DNA of 64,000 nucleotides from Octopus sinensis. Taxonomy: Eukaryota. Position numbers and translations under genes: made by a program. This document shows positions 26,686 through 40,800 of the stretch, piece by piece. A model generated the notes under the pieces. It ran no database searches. It had not been told where the DNA came from and saw only the letters and a list, made by a program, of their open reading frames with translations. Each line of letters starts with the position of its first letter. The stretch's first letter is position 1. Where the stretch lies: the NCBI RefSeq assembly GCF_006345805.1, contig NC_042997.1, positions 36,332,001 to 36,396,000 of the forward strand, given 5' to 3'.

Positions 26686-27789
26686 GTGGGGGGAGGACGG
26701 GGAGCAGGCATAAGTGAAAGGAACAACATCAGGAAGAAGGACAATAATGGCGGTATCATCATCAACATCAATACTGAAAATAACAACTACAACACCAAGA
26801 ATATAAGCAGCAGCACACAAAAAAAAAACACATGTTAAAGATAATAAATTAATCAAATAAAAACATTTATTGTTGAGAAGTTGTCATCAAAATATGCTTG
26901 GGGATGCTCGTTTTGCTGGAAATAGCTACAAAATGGTTTATAGGATTAATTATAGTATAAATGAATGGATGAATGAAGGAATGAAGGAATGAAAGAATAA
27001 ATAAATAAAGAACTGCATATTGGATTATATAAACCTAGATACTCCGTGCCCGATGTAACGAGATAAGGAGATAGTCAGAATTGGATCACATTTGATTATC
27101 GATTTGCCTGATTTGGGCTTATCTCGAGGGTGAAAACTTAAATACAAACAACAACACTACAATTTTACCGAAACTAGTACAGCATCGAACACCAAACCTA
27201 CCGCTAGTCTTAAAGGAGATATATACCAAAGCAAGTCCCAAGTTTGGTTTAAAAAGGAGGAATGAGTGCTCTACACAGAGCTAAGGAGTTCATCTATTGA
27301 AGAAATTCACCTGCTATAGAATCAAGCAGCATGAGCCAAGATATTTCTGATAGTCTGGACCTAATCAGGTTGTCGAAGGAAGATGTTTATGTATAGGGTC
27401 ACCAATGCTAGGTCGTGTTACCAATTATACTCAAAAATAAAAGCTAAGAGCTGTAAAACATGGACAAACTTCGACAATCGGAGAGCATGAGACATTGCTC
27501 CTCATTTATTATTAAGGACCGCAACACTAAAAAAAAATCCAAGGTAGTTTTTGGTTCGGCGTGCAGTTCAGGAAGACTTGAAAATTGCAGTACACCCATG
27601 ACTTTTATACGTGGTCCTGCACCTTCTTGAAACAGCAATTATATTCTACATCATTATAATCGCCACGAATCGCAACAAGAATAACATCTATATTCATGCA
27701 CTATTATTTATACGATACACATGTCTGGTGAAAGAGAGCTAGGGATAAAACCACTACACTAAAACAATAATTCTCACTGTTTTGGCACA

Positions 27790-27975
27790 TGGCCGGGAAT
27801 TTGGTGCATGGAGATTAGTCGATTGCATCGACACTAGTGTTGATCTGGTGCATTTAAAACATAATAACGATAAAGGTAAAGTCGACCTCGGAATAATTTC
27901 AACTTGCAACATAAGGAGGGACGTAATGCAGACTAGAATTTTGTGCGTCATGCTAATGATTTCAGCATCGCTGAA
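27790..27975 (-). mobile_element. SINE family A, degenerate
   Basis: AAAGTCGACCTCGG core. Confidence 0.7.
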
Positions 27976-28746
27976 TTGCTCCAATTGTGGTACAGTGCCG
28001 GCACGTAGTGAGAGGCGGGAGAGTTAATTCCATCAATCGCATTACATGAGTACCAGTCAAATACTGGGGGTCAATGAATCAATTTAGACCTCGCCCTCAA
28101 AAACTGATAAACTTCTATCCATCTCTAACACTCTTGTCTGCCTCAACGTGACCATTGTTCTGCCAAGTCTGACCTTTCTTTCTTAATTCGACTACCATCC
28201 GTGCAACGTCTATATTCCTTCCCATGCCCATTACCAGGTATGTTCCTGATGTAAGGCTTTACTTCCACACACGCCAGCTTAATTTAATTCGTCCTTAGAC
28301 GAAAGACACCTGTTGTTAATGTACTCTTATTTGCATTTGTATTTGTGTAGCATTTCCCCGTCCTTGTTTTCGTTAGTATTCGCTGCTTTCTTCCAAGGAA
28401 TCCAGTACCCATTGTATAAAGTTTACTTGGGGCTGGCCATATTGGAGCAATTTCAAGTATAACCAGCCGAAATTGCAAAAATAATCTGGAACTCAACTGA
28501 CAAAAACTCCAGATGACCCGCCCTTGTTTAATCTTGTCACATTTTTTGTATCATATATATGATTGTGTGCGTGTGTGTGTGTGTATGTGTGTGTATGTGT
28601 GTGTACTAGTGTGAGTGTGTGTGTGGGTGGTTTTTTGCGTTCTTCAAATGGCTTATAAACACCTTCCACGCTTCAATTGTGTTTTTTTTCAGTACACGAT
28701 CTCTGATCATGTCACTTGCTATGGAAGTACATTTCGGTAATATATA

Positions 28747-28822
<76 letters not shown>

Positions 28823-29190
28823 ATATATATATTGGTAAAAACGGTAATATAACAAAAGAAAGAAAGAGACCCCAATATTATGTAAATAGAGATGGCCAGA
28901 TAATCGAAGAGATGGTGGTGTGGATTTCCACCTCGGCATCCGCAACTCAGAGTTTTATCTTGGCTACCGAATAATTGTCACATATTATTTTACAGATATA
29001 CATATATATATATACAATAATAAATCTCTAATCTTCGGGGAATGATCTCCCTTTGCAGGTTAGAGGACACCGAGATGGTGTCAGCCCTCCTGGTGACGTC
29101 GATGATCACCTGGGGCTAAATACATCAGTAACACCCCAACCACCCCGCCCTGTCCCTAGCCACATTCAGATGGCTGATGCCCCTTATGTC

Positions 29191-29222
<32 letters not shown>

Positions 29223-29294
29223 ATGTGTGTGTGTTTGTGTGTGTGTGTGTGTGCGTGTAAGTATGTATGAATGTATTTGTGTGTCTGTGCTTGA

Positions 29295-29465
29295 CCCCCA
29301 CCATCGCTTGACAACCGATGTTGGGATGACTTAGCAGTTTGGCTAAGACCCCGAGAGAATAAGTACTAGGCTTACAAATAATGAGTCATGGTGTCGAATT
29401 ATTTGACTTCATGCGGTGTTCGAGTATGGCCGCAGTGAAATGACTGAAACAAGTAAAAGAATAAA
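29295..29465 (+). mobile_element. SINE family B, 3' half
   Basis: GCTTGACAACCGATG...AATAAGTACT...TGACTGAAACAAGTAAAAGA. Confidence 0.8.
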
Positions 29466-29537
<72 letters not shown>

Positions 29538-29779
29538 CATACATACATATATTCATATATATATATCATCATCACCATCAAATATATTGCCGTGTGAAAA
29601 TCCTGGTATCACCTTCTTTAAAGAATATAGTACATCATTATTTAACGTGTTATTTTCTAAAACATCAAAGTTGGACTTGATAATTGTTCGTTAACTCTAC
29701 TATTTCACAGTGCCGAATAGTGGTCCCTCTTTGTTTTGATCTTTATTGGTACTGTTTATTTGTAGCTTCGTTTTTATCA

Positions 29780-30310
29780 TTCAAACAGTCATTTATAGCT
29801 GACATAATTGTGTTTGTATTTTGTTCTGAGTGCAAATTTTATAATAGAGGATCCATGACTTTGATCCATCGGCGTGAGATAATATACTGATTGTGATCAA
29901 TATCACTGACTGTTCCCCACACAGGATGCATGATGTCTAATTTTGATGTCTTTATATATAATCTTCTTTGGATTACTCAAGGTCTAAGAAATCTGGTAAC
30001 AATTTCTTTATTTCAAAATTTTCCTTCATTTTATTGATATTTTTTTGCAGAATAATGCCACGTCTCAAAGATTGCTGTCTTCTGAACATCAACAGATAGG
30101 TTTCCAATGCAGTTTTCCTATTTTTCTGCTCTATTTCACTGTTAACAGAGCTCATATGATTAAAGAGGATATCCGTGTTTATTGACTGTATCTTGTATAT
30201 TCCTATCGCTCGATACTGTTTTGTTTCTGTTTTTATATAATGATAATATTTTAATATTATTTCGTTTGGTATTCTCTTTATGACACGAATGGATTGCAGT
30301 ATTTTCATAT
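29780..30310 (-). mobile_element. Probable ancient R4/Dong-type LINE remnant (zinc-knuckle region)
   Basis: CILCGEQS followed, with frameshifts, by IDH and RHDQV-like traces. Weak match. Confidence 0.35.
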
Positions 30311-31017
30311 CCCGTATATTATAATAATATCAGCGGGGTTAATGCACTACTTTTATGTATTTTCATGTGCCTCTAAATTCTATATCTGTACTGATATGAT
30401 AAAAATATGTCGATGTATGCTTGTGCCATATTTTTCTGTTAGTTTTCAGTTATGTACATATTTTTTTCTTCTATAAAAAGCACCTGAATTCTTATTTGAT
30501 TTACTATGAATGATCCATTGCGGGATCTAGGTAGAAACAGGTCTCTCCCCTCATCTAAAAGACAACCAGCGAAACATTTGTGATTTGTGATTCGTGATGT
30601 TCTTCAATACATATATTTTGGTCAAAACGAGTATGCAGCAGTAAAATCTTATGCTTAAAAGTTTGCCATTCTCCTGAGTGTCTTGAAGACAGAATTAGCT
30701 CTATTGTTTTGTACGCAATCGTGTTTATTCTGTCGCTCTCTGAATTAAATTTTGAGAAAATTTAATTCCCATGTTGTATTCATTCTAAAGAGCTTTGTAT
30801 GTTACCACTTACGTTTTGTTTCTTGTTTTTCGCTTTATAATCTATAGATAGCTGTGTTATTTAATTTGTTTCAACCAACGCGTTCAATACCATGCTAGAT
30901 CACTGACAACAATATATTCATACCTGCGGGGTCGATAAAATCAAGTACTAGAGAAAAATAGCTAACTCACAATTCTGGCCTTGTGCCTAAATTGGACACG
31001 ATTATAATTATTGCAGT

Positions 31018-31230
31018 AACAAGATGGCAGAATAGTTAGCACGCTGGACAAAGACAAAATGCCTGGAAGTATTTCGTCCGTGTTTACAGTCTGAGTTCAA
31101 ATTATACCAAGGTTGATTGTTCCTCTCAACTTTTAGGGGTCGATGAAATAATTACCTGTCGATAATTGGTGTCGATGTAGTCCATTATCCTCGATCCCAG
31201 GAATTGCTGGACTTATGCCAAATTTTGAAA
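31018..31230 (+). mobile_element. SINE family A
   Basis: TGGCAGAATAGTTAGC head, CTGAGTTCAAAT, GGGGTCGAT. Confidence 0.8.
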
Positions 31231-31252
31231 GCAATATTTTTATTATCATTTT

Positions 31253-31320
<68 letters not shown>

Positions 31321-31345
31321 TAATAATAATAATTATTATTATTAT

Positions 31346-31678
31346 TGAGTGAGAGAGCAGTTCATGCCATCAAAGTGACACTGGGGTAAAATATACGAAG
31401 CCCAATATACCCATCATGACTACCCGTCTGATAAAGGTACACCAGGCACATGCATCACAACCATATGTGCGCGACATGGTGATCTCATATCAAGATAAAC
31501 AGCACATGACCTTGCAGGTGGGGCCCAATTAGAATTTTCTTCAGGTCGAGTAGCCCATCCCGCTCAAACGGTCCCTGAATAAGGGTTGTTTAAGGATGTT
31601 GAAAGAACCACCCATGTTTCCAGAGGTGAACTATTCAAACCCCAAAGAATCCCTCTCAACACAGGGCTATGATGCTCC
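31346..31678 (-). mobile_element. Family D (AAT-flanked retroposon-like element), 5'-truncated copy
   Basis: 333 bp; 4 mismatches counted against the reverse complement of 37063-37395. Confidence 0.9.
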
Positions 31679-31730
31679 TATTGTTATTATTATTATTATC
31701 ATCATCATCATCATCATCATTATCATCATT

Positions 31731-31770
<40 letters not shown>

Positions 31771-31799
31771 CCATCATTATTATTATTATTATTATGAAT

Positions 31800-31985
31800 T
31801 CGGTGATCTGAAAGAATCGTATTTCATCTGTTACTACGTTCTGAGTTCAAAATCCGCCGACGTCGACTTTGCCTTTCATCCTTTCGGGGTCGAAAATTTA
31901 AGTACCAGTGAAACACGAGCCTTGATGTAATCGACTCATCCCCTCACTCTAAACCGTTGCCTTGGTGGAAAAATTTGAAACCCTT
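31800..31985 (+). mobile_element. SINE family A
   Basis: CGTTCTGAGTTCAAA...GTCGACTTTGCCTTTCATCCTTTCGGGGTCGA. Confidence 0.85.
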
Positions 31986-33504
31986 ACTATTATTATTTTT
32001 ATTATTATTGTTGTTATTGTTGCTGCTGCTCTTGTTGTTGTTTCTTTTGTTGCTATTGACATGTTTATTTTCGAGCTCCAAATTGTCATTATATTTTATT
32101 CATTACCAAATGAACTTTGTTTCATTGGAGTAGTAAAAAACAGACATTTTAGTTTATCTAAAGACGGTTTGCCTCCAATGCTGGTTATAGAGAAAAGAAT
32201 GTTCGTTTCTACAGACTTCTTTTTGTTTTTATTTGGTTACAAAATTTATCGATATTTCACGTTCAAACTGTCTACTAAATACGCCCACTGTGTAACCAAA
32301 TCTAATATAATGCAAAGCAAAAAACCAAACAGAGATAGTACAACATCAAATTACGACATAGAATGAATATTAACGACAAAAAGATGAAAATGAACATTTA
32401 ATAGAAAAGTTTATTATTTAAAATATTTCAGCAAATAATTGTCACGAAAGCGGCTTGAAAGATAACAACACTAATAGACAGATGTCAGAGTTACCTTCAT
32501 GGGAATAAATATAGAAATGGTACTAAGGAAGCAAGCTATGCTGCTCTAGTTGCACATACTTTTGCCTGGCTAGTTCACCAGCCATCTAGGTCCGAACATA
32601 GCCAAAAAAACACAAAACAATTAGATAAAAATAACATATGGAACTGGGAAATAAAAGGGTGACGAAAGATTAAGTTTCAAAAATGTTTGGATCTATGTCT
32701 TCAGTTCCGTTCTGCGGGGAGCTAAAAAATGAACTCCTGAGAGATAAGCAGGCACTTGACATAAAATGATGTTGCAAATATGCCCGGAAGGGGACAGACT
32801 TGAAGCAGAATAGTGCGCAAGTGATGGCGTCGAGACAAAGGGTCTGCCGCCTAAAATACTAGATTTGTTATAAATGTAGTAATAGAAAGTAGCGCGTTGG
32901 CGTTTTACACGTAGAACTTGATAGATTAAGAAATTGCGAACGGAAAGGTCACTAAATTCAGTTTGCACCATTTTATAACACACAATCAGTTACATCCCCT
33001 GAAATGGCAGATACATTTACTTCGTGCCCGAGCGTGACTCTATTACTGAAATGTAGCACCCGAACGACAACATAACTGCTCTTTCATGGTGTGATCAGAA
33101 AAAAGATAATGATGAGAGAAGTTACTTTCTAACTGTCGAGAAATATACAAGAAAATGAAAATACAGCGAGAGTAGAAAATTAAATATGAACTGCAATAGA
33201 AGAGGAGCACTTCACCAAACAGCAATGTTTCAAATTTTTCCACAAGGGCAACAATTTGGAGTGAGGGGATGAGTCGATTACATCAAGGCTAGTGTTTCAC
33301 TGGTACTTAAATTCACAGCCGAACTTCGAAAGTGACATTTTGCAGAAAGACAAGAATAATAATGACGGTTGAGATAGAAAGATCGAAAAATAAAATTTCA
33401 ACAGTTTTCGAAAGTCGATTGAACAGAATCGGATATAACTTGGTTATTTACTGATACACAAAACACAATTCGAAATCGAAACTGTTACCTTACGACACAG
33501 AGTC

Positions 33505-33670
33505 CAATATATTCTTTTCTACTCTAGGCACAAGGCCCAAAATTTTGCGGAAGGGGGACCAGTGGATTAGATCATTCCCCAGTACGCAACTGGTACTTAA
33601 TTTATCGACCCTAACAGGATGTAAGGCAAAGTTTGACTTCGGTGGAATTTGAAGTAAGAACGTAAAGACA
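33505..33670 (-). mobile_element. SINE family A, 5'-truncated
   Basis: Core and 3' tail variant present; head interrupted by the adjacent copy. Confidence 0.8.
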
Positions 33671-33679
33671 GAGAACAAC

Positions 33680-33912
33680 TTATTTCTTTACTACCCACAA
33701 GGGGCTAAACACTGAGGGGACAAAAAAGGACAGCAGACAAACGGATTAAGTCGATTACATCGACCCAAGAGCGTAATTCGTATTTAATTTATCGACCCCG
33801 AAAGGATGAAAGGCAAAGTCGACCTCGGCGGAATTTGAACTCAGAACGTAACGGCAGACGAAATACGGCTACGAATTTCGCTCGGCGTGCTAACGTTTCA
33901 GCCCGCTCGCCT
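33680..33912 (-). mobile_element. SINE family A, full length
   Basis: Close match to 4302-4531. Confidence 0.9.
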
Positions 33913-33999
33913 CTTTCCAGAATCCAACATATTAACAAAGAGACACACGCCTTCCCCAACACACGCATGCGCGTACAATTTCAAAGGTTTTTTACTTAA

Positions 34000-34250
34000 T
34001 CTATCGATCTCTTTTACCGAGCCGCTAGGATACGGAGACATAAACAGACCAACACATGTCGTCAGTGAGTGGGGCGGGGACAGAGACACAAAGGTAGACA
34101 CTAATACATATATAGCGTTTCCGTCTACCGGATCCACTCACAAGGCTTTGGTCGGTCAGAGTTCATAGTAGGAGACAGTTGCCCAAGGTGTCACGCAGCG
34201 GAACTGAACCCGGAACTGTGTGGTTGGGAAGCAAAGTACTTACCACGAAC
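34000..34250 (-). mobile_element. SINE family B
   Basis: TTTCCGTCTACC...CCACTCACAAGGCTTTGGTCGG...ACTTACCAC. Confidence 0.8.
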
Positions 34251-34263
34251 ACACACACACACA

Positions 34264-34295
<32 letters not shown>

Positions 34296-35635
34296 TACAT
34301 ATATACATGTATACGCACACACGCACACACATTTATACCTGATTAATATCTTATACGTACGTACGTACTTATGAACGTATTTATGAATGTGTAAGTGTAT
34401 GAAGGTACATATATATCATTAAATACTTTACGTGTATATATGTGAGTGTGTGTGTATCTGTGTGCGTGCGTATACATATGTTTGTGTATATGTGTGTAAA
34501 TGTCTGTGTGTCTCTATGCATCGCTGTATCCCTGCATGTAAGGAACTTCATTACATACTTGAATTTCATTTAACTTTAGTTTTGTAATTTATTTCAATGG
34601 GTCTAAGAACAAAGCCAATGCAACAACAAAAACTTCACATAAAAAGGAATTACTCGTAAGACAAAAACGGATAAAAGACATTTGAAGTGGATGGCGCTAA
34701 TATTGTAAACACACACACACACACACAGACACGCTATTCTTTTATCTTCTCTTAACATGTTCTATGTGATTTGGCGAACAAAAGCAAGGCGGCGAAAAAT
34801 AGACATATCGACGAAGTGATAGATTTACTATCGGGAGATTTTGGAGACGTCGAGAAACAATGTCAAAGAGTGACTACTAAGACAAAGACTGTGTTAAAGA
34901 ATGAGTGAGGCAATGAAGAAAACGAAGGAAACACTATAAGACACTAGGAGAAAAACGAAGCCGGAGATCACAAGAACGATGGAGAGTGGGATAAAATGCG
35001 AGAAAGAGAAGAGAGCAGGACTGGGTATGATAGCTGAAGACATTTGGAGAGAGAAAGAGACAAAGAGAAGGAGAGATAATGAGAGAGAGAGGCATAGAGA
35101 CAGACAAAATAGAGACAGTCAGACGGACATATAGACAGACAAATAGTGTTTTCATGTGAATGTGTGTATGTGAGTGCATGGGACATTTTACGAATATGAA
35201 CATTTCATAGAGGATTAATTCAGAGTAGAGATAATAAAGAGGGGGAAGGAGGGATAGTAGATGGATAAAATTTTGAGAGAAATATAGAAGGATATACAAC
35301 AGAGAGGCAACAAATGTTTATGATTTTCAAGATACCTTTGAATGAGGAAAGAGTTATAAGAGTGAAACGCCGAGAATAATTAGAAGCACTATGCAGAATC
35401 GGTGGAGGAATGGTGCTGGGTGTTTAAAGTACCGAATCAACACAAAGAAAGACGAAATATAAAAGGAAGATGTGGCAAACGTAAAAGGAAAGAAATGTCG
35501 ATGATACGTCATCTAGATAAAGAAGTTTGAATATCTGATTATTTTCTCTCATTCAATTCCTCCTTACCTCTCACCCCTCTTCCTCGCCCACTCTTTTACT
35601 GTAAGTTTATCTATCTATCTATCTATCTATCTATA

Positions 35636-35686
<51 letters not shown>

Positions 35687-36619
35687 ATATCTGTCTGTCT
35701 GTCTGTCTGTCTGTCTGTATGTCTATATATCTATATATCTATCTATCTATCTATCTATCAGTGTATCACAAAGGAGAGAGTGAATGCAAGTTTTCTATTA
35801 ATCAGGAATTACACTCTATATTGTGTGTATGCATGGAAGTACTCACGTATGGTTACATATACATACATGCATACACACTCAGATACACACACACTTATAT
35901 ATTGTATGCATGTATATACAACTATATACACACTATAATTGTTGTTGTTTTTTATTGTTAAAAATAATGTTGTTGACAGTGGCTTCAAAGTTTCTGACAG
36001 ATAAGCAATCATTAAAATCAAACATTAATACACCCACACACAAACACATGCATATATATGTAGATTGATATGGCTATAGATATAAAAAAAAAATTCTTAA
36101 AGAAATACATAAACATACATAGATACACTCGTAGTCATAAACTGACAAATATACAAGCAGTCATATAGAAATTCTTAATAATACACGGCATCTTGTTCTA
36201 TTTATAGCCATATCTCATCAGAGAAACAAGAATATTGATGCAGCACCAGATTTTAAATGCTCAAAATAAAAGGAATAATAGTATGTAATGTACATCTATC
36301 TGCTACTTCATCAATGTGTTCGATTGGCAAGATACAGCTCAAGAGAACAGATCAGCAGGTTGAATTTCCAGCCGCACTTTTAGAATTTATTTGACATAAC
36401 AAGAGTGCTTCCCAACTACACATTTCTAGATTCAGTTCACTGCATGGCTCTTTGGGTGAGTGTTTTCTACTATAGCCCCAGGCTATAGTAGAAAGCCTTG
36501 CCAGTGGATTTAGTACATGGAAATTGAATGAAGCTTTGGTTTCTGTCAGATTGCTACCTGAAATAATCTGTTTTTCTATAGGTTCAAGTCCTGAAGTATT
36601 ATGGGAGGATATTTGTCAA

Positions 36620-36785
36620 GCTCATCGACTCCCAGTTTTTGGCCGGTACTTATTTTATCAACCCCAGAAGGATATAAAATGGAGTAGACCTAGATGGAAT
36701 TTGAACTCAGAAGGTAACGAAGGGGAAGAAATGCCGCTAAGAATTCTGTTCAGCGAGTTTACGTTTCTGCAGGTCAGTTCACAGT
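36620..36785 (-). mobile_element. SINE family A, degenerate
   Basis: GGTACTTATTTTATC...GGAATTTGAACTCAGAA. Confidence 0.7.
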
Positions 36786-36786
36786 T

Positions 36787-36847
<61 letters not shown>

Positions 36848-36860
36848 TAATAATATAATA

Positions 36861-37395
36861 AGTGGCTCTCATGGCTTCTGATCTTAACTGATTGGAAGTG
36901 TTATCATGTACATTGTTTTGTCTTGGTATAAAAGATGGGCTACAGCAAATATTCTGCTCAATACCACAGATTTGCTTGTCAGTTGTTTGACCTTAACCAG
37001 TTGAGCATGTCCCTTAGTGGCAGACGATCTGTGCATCTCTGATCACGAGCAGAAGTAGTGGGGGAGCATCATAGCCATGTGTTGAGAGGGATTCTTTGGG
37101 GTTTGAATAGTTCACCTCTGGAAACATGGGTGGTTCTTTCAACATCCTTAAACAACCCTTATTCAGGGACCGTTTGAGCGGGATGGGCTACTCAACATGA
37201 AGAAAATTCTAACTGGGCCCCACCTGCAAGGTCATGTGCTGTTTATCTTGATATGAGATCACCATGTCGCGCACATATGGTTGTGATGCATGTGCCTGGT
37301 GTACCTTTATCAGACGGGTAGTCATGATGGGTATATTGGGCTTCGTATATTTTACCCCAGTGTCACTTTGATGGCATGAACTGCTCTCTCACTCA
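36861..37395 (+). mobile_element. Family D, near full length
   Basis: Flanked by (AAT)n on both sides; ends CTCTCTCACTC(AAT)n. Confidence 0.9.
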
Positions 37396-40300
37396 ATAAT
37401 AATAATAATAATAATAATGCTTTCTTTATTGGCCATCAAGGCCGAACACAAAACATAAAGGACTGTACACAGACGAGGCATAGTGAGGTTAAACGCGAAA
37501 ACAGCAAACAAACACAACGATTAACAGAGATTGATTCGACAATATGCTTCCCCAATAGGGAAGGGGATTCCATTGTACGATGACCAAAGAGACCTCACGC
37601 ACTTTGGACCCCTTAGCACAAACGGATCTTTACGAAGAAACTGTCTCTTCTCTCTTCCATCCGGCCTACAGTCACTCAAACTAGGCCCCTTCAAACTAGC
37701 CATTCTTGCCACATTCACCCACCTTTCAACGAACTTACTGGGTGACAGTACCTCTTTCTCCAGCCCCATTTTCCTTTTCAGGTTAAACCTGAAAAAGTCA
37801 ATGAGGAGGCCTTGGCCAGGACGAAGGTGCCTGTCTTCAAACATTTCAATCGCATCCACCATACAACCACTTTTGCCATAGACACCAGACAGAGAAAAAT
37901 TGCCCTACCTTTCCCGGAATGAGGAATTGTAGTTTTATTGCGACGCTACGCCTCTGTCACCCGGACCCATCGAATGGCTTTCGTTCCCTCCTGCTTTAGA
38001 AAACGGGCCCGAGCTCAGACAATGCAACCTTCACACTTGGTGTTGAAAAATTGGTTCAGAACCAATCTCGCTGCCAGTACGTTGGCCGCTATGTCTCCAC
38101 TGAGTACCTCTTCTAGTCTCCTAACTAGGTCTCCCTCTATTCTAATCTTCTGTATCGTGAGTTGTCTGCTAAATTCGATGGACTAACTTGCTAAGACGGT
38201 CTCTGAAAGCTTGCTGCGCCGGGAAGGATGCGTTCAGCTTCTACTATCCGGGTTCCTGACTATGAAGCCCATCTACATCAACCGTACAGATCATAAATTT
38301 GTGGTCCGTGTAGCTGATAATTTCAAATTGTGGACAACCTGTGCTATTTCTATGTGCTGGCCTACAAAATACCATATCAGGATAAGATTTGGATGACTCG
38401 ACACACTTTGCCCATGTCCACACTGAAGTGTTCGGGAAATCCAGTCTGAACCTGTTCGCCAGCTGGAAACACTAGCCCCACCCACGTGCATTGAAAATGG
38501 CATTCCAGTCTCTCACTAGCATTAAAGAGCGAGACGTCGCTTGTAATGCTTCTAGGTGTCTGAAGAAATCCAGCTGCCCCGCTCTAGTCAGTGTATACAC
38601 TGCGATTAGTCTAAAAGCACTTCATTATCGTTCACGTCCAGGACCAACAATTTACCTTCCGGGTCCAGGCAGACCGATCGTATATCGAGATTCAGGCCTT
38701 TTCTAAACAAGACTGACATCCCACCCACCCATTCCCAGTCGACCAAGAAATGCGAAAATTTCAAGTCAAAGTCACCGAAAATGGGAGCCAATGATCGTGT
38801 GTCTGCAAGCTTGGTCTCACTGACGGCTATTACATCCAAACTTAACCACCTGAGGTCGTAGCGCAAGCGTCCTTCCTTCAGCGAAGACCCCATGCTGGTC
38901 AGGAAGTGAGGAAAGGAAAAGGAGTGTCACCCTCCAGGTACATTTTGTGGTTGAGTGGTTCTCTCACCCTGTCTGTTTTATGGGGTTTCTCTGGACCCCG
39001 CCCCCCTAAAAGCCGTTACACTGGGAGATCTAGTGTCATGAGCGTAGCTCCGCTTAATGCTCGTATAAGTCTCTAATGTCATTCATACCATCATTAGGGT
39101 ATCCGAAAATCTAAAAGTGTTGGGGCTTCAGATCACCCACTTTCTTCAATGTTCTCATGTTGTGCTATGAGTACCATCAATTTTTCATTGGCCTGCTTCC
39201 CTCGCACGAAATTCCGCTGATACGCGGATGGTTGTTGTTGCTGTAGTGACATACTTCTTTTTAAAGTTCATTGTATTTTTTATTCTCTTGTGGACGCTTG
39301 TGACTGTGTTGCTGATTGTACTACTTGTAGTGTTGTCATCAGTGTGTCTGTTTCTAGTTTCTTGGATTTCTCACTGTTATTTCTGTTTTCTTTTAGTGGT
39401 TTCTTTTTGCATTTTGGGCTTCCCCACATCATCACTTGGATGCGTTGAGGAGTGCGTGTCTTGTGTGTTTTCATCTGATGTCATTGTTCCTACTAGTGTA
39501 GTTTCCGCCACTGCTGCTGGTGCTGCTCCCACTGCCACCTTCACTGTAACACCTGTCTGTTTCGTCTCCTTGCGTTCAATTTCTGCTTCTATTGCCCTAC
39601 CTTCTGTTTTTGTCATTGTTCTTATTGACTGTTGTTGATTTTGTTGTGTTCTGGTTCTATGGGCAGAAAAAACGTAAGTGACCCGTTGAAACACAATAAT
39701 GGCATTTCAGCCTGCTACTCTCCACACTCACCCGCGGTTTTACTCCATTCGAGAGGCAAATCAGGTCTGTGACTTTCTCTAACAGTTTCAGCTTCACATG
39801 GAGAAGAACTGCCAAGGTAGTCCCAACCCAAATTCTCCTTCCTTGATCTTTTAACATCTAAGTGATTCTATCTCCCGTCTGACAAATACAAGCGAGAATC
39901 CACCATAAATCCAGGCCTGGTGAGACTCAAGGTATTGTAATTCGCACAGTCCTTCCCATGTTGAGAAGAAGCGATTTTATCGGTGCGACGCGTGGTCACC
40001 GATCTTTGTATCACCTAACACTAAGCCTTAAAAAGGACATTTACTCTGATGTACTACCTCACTCTCGCAATGTGGTTGATATCCTGTCATAGGTCTTTCA
40101 AGGTTTTTTCCACTTAGTTGCGTCTAGCATTTTTGTTTTTGTTTCCTCCTCTTTTTGTTCACGCACCTGTAGCCAACTGTCCGTTTAGCTGTTGCTTCAA
40201 GCACGTCACTTGGAGCCGTCATATCTGCCCTCCTTCCATTCATTTTCATATATTTTGCTGCCTTGTTTAGATTTTCTATTTTGTTCTCCAATGAGATGTT

Positions 40301-40439
40301 AACCAATTCCTTAACTGCCCTGACATTTGCAAAAGTCTCTTTCCGCCGCTAACTCCATGTTTGTTAGTCTCGCAGCAGTTGCTTTCAATGTTGTTCTTCG
40401 TTCTACTACAATTTCCATGTAGTGAGAAAAACTTTACAC

Positions 40440-40697
40440 CTTCCTTCCTCTCGCCATCTTTCTGCTTTTCGTTTGGTTTCTTCTTTTCTTGACTCTTCTT
40501 CTCCTTCTTCTTCTCCTTCTTCTTCTTCTTCTTCTTCTTCTCCTCCTCCTCCTCCTCCCCTCATTCTTCTTCTTTTTCTACCTCTTCTTTTTCTTCTTCT
40601 TCTTTTTCTTCTTCTTCTTCTTCTTCTCCTCCTTCTTCTCATTCCTCTTCTAATTCTTCTTCTTCTTCTTCTTCTTCTTCTTCTTCTTCTTCTTCCT
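40440..40697. repeat. (CTT)n/(CCT)n polypyrimidine tract
   Basis: Direct reading. Confidence 0.97.
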
Positions 40698-40791
40698 ACT
40701 TTCTGCTATCTACTACCAACCATTGTGGGGATAACGGGGAAGTATTTGTGCAAATTGCCAAACCCCCTACCCTCTAATTCCCGGTTTTTGT

Positions 40792-40800
40792 CGCCATCTT
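40792..40800 (-). promoter_or_regulatory. YY1-like site (CGCCATCTT) in the putative L1 5' UTR
   Basis: Matches the CGCCATNTT consensus and lies upstream of ORF1. YY1 sites are known from mammalian L1 promoters; function here is untested. Confidence 0.3.

Noticed and set aside
26107-26856. Long ORFs (169-249 aa) rich in L, V, Y or H; likewise 10339-11043, 12828-13577, 47981-48634 and 63158-63835
   Set aside because: Translations of microsatellites, which lack stops by composition. No protein-family motifs.
27000-27700. Unique-looking segment with coding-like composition
   Set aside because: No open frame or recognisable transposon or protein motif on either strand.
29033-29180. GC-rich multi-hairpin segment with HDV-ribozyme-like words (GGGGCTAA, CAGCCCTCCTG)
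   Set aside because: P1, P2, P3 and P1.1 could not be fitted together with correct spacing. An RNArobo/Infernal search on a family consensus would be needed.
32693-32983. 96-aa minus-strand ORF in a GC-richer patch
   Set aside because: All three frames are briefly open, there is no clear donor site, and the peptide is not recognisable.
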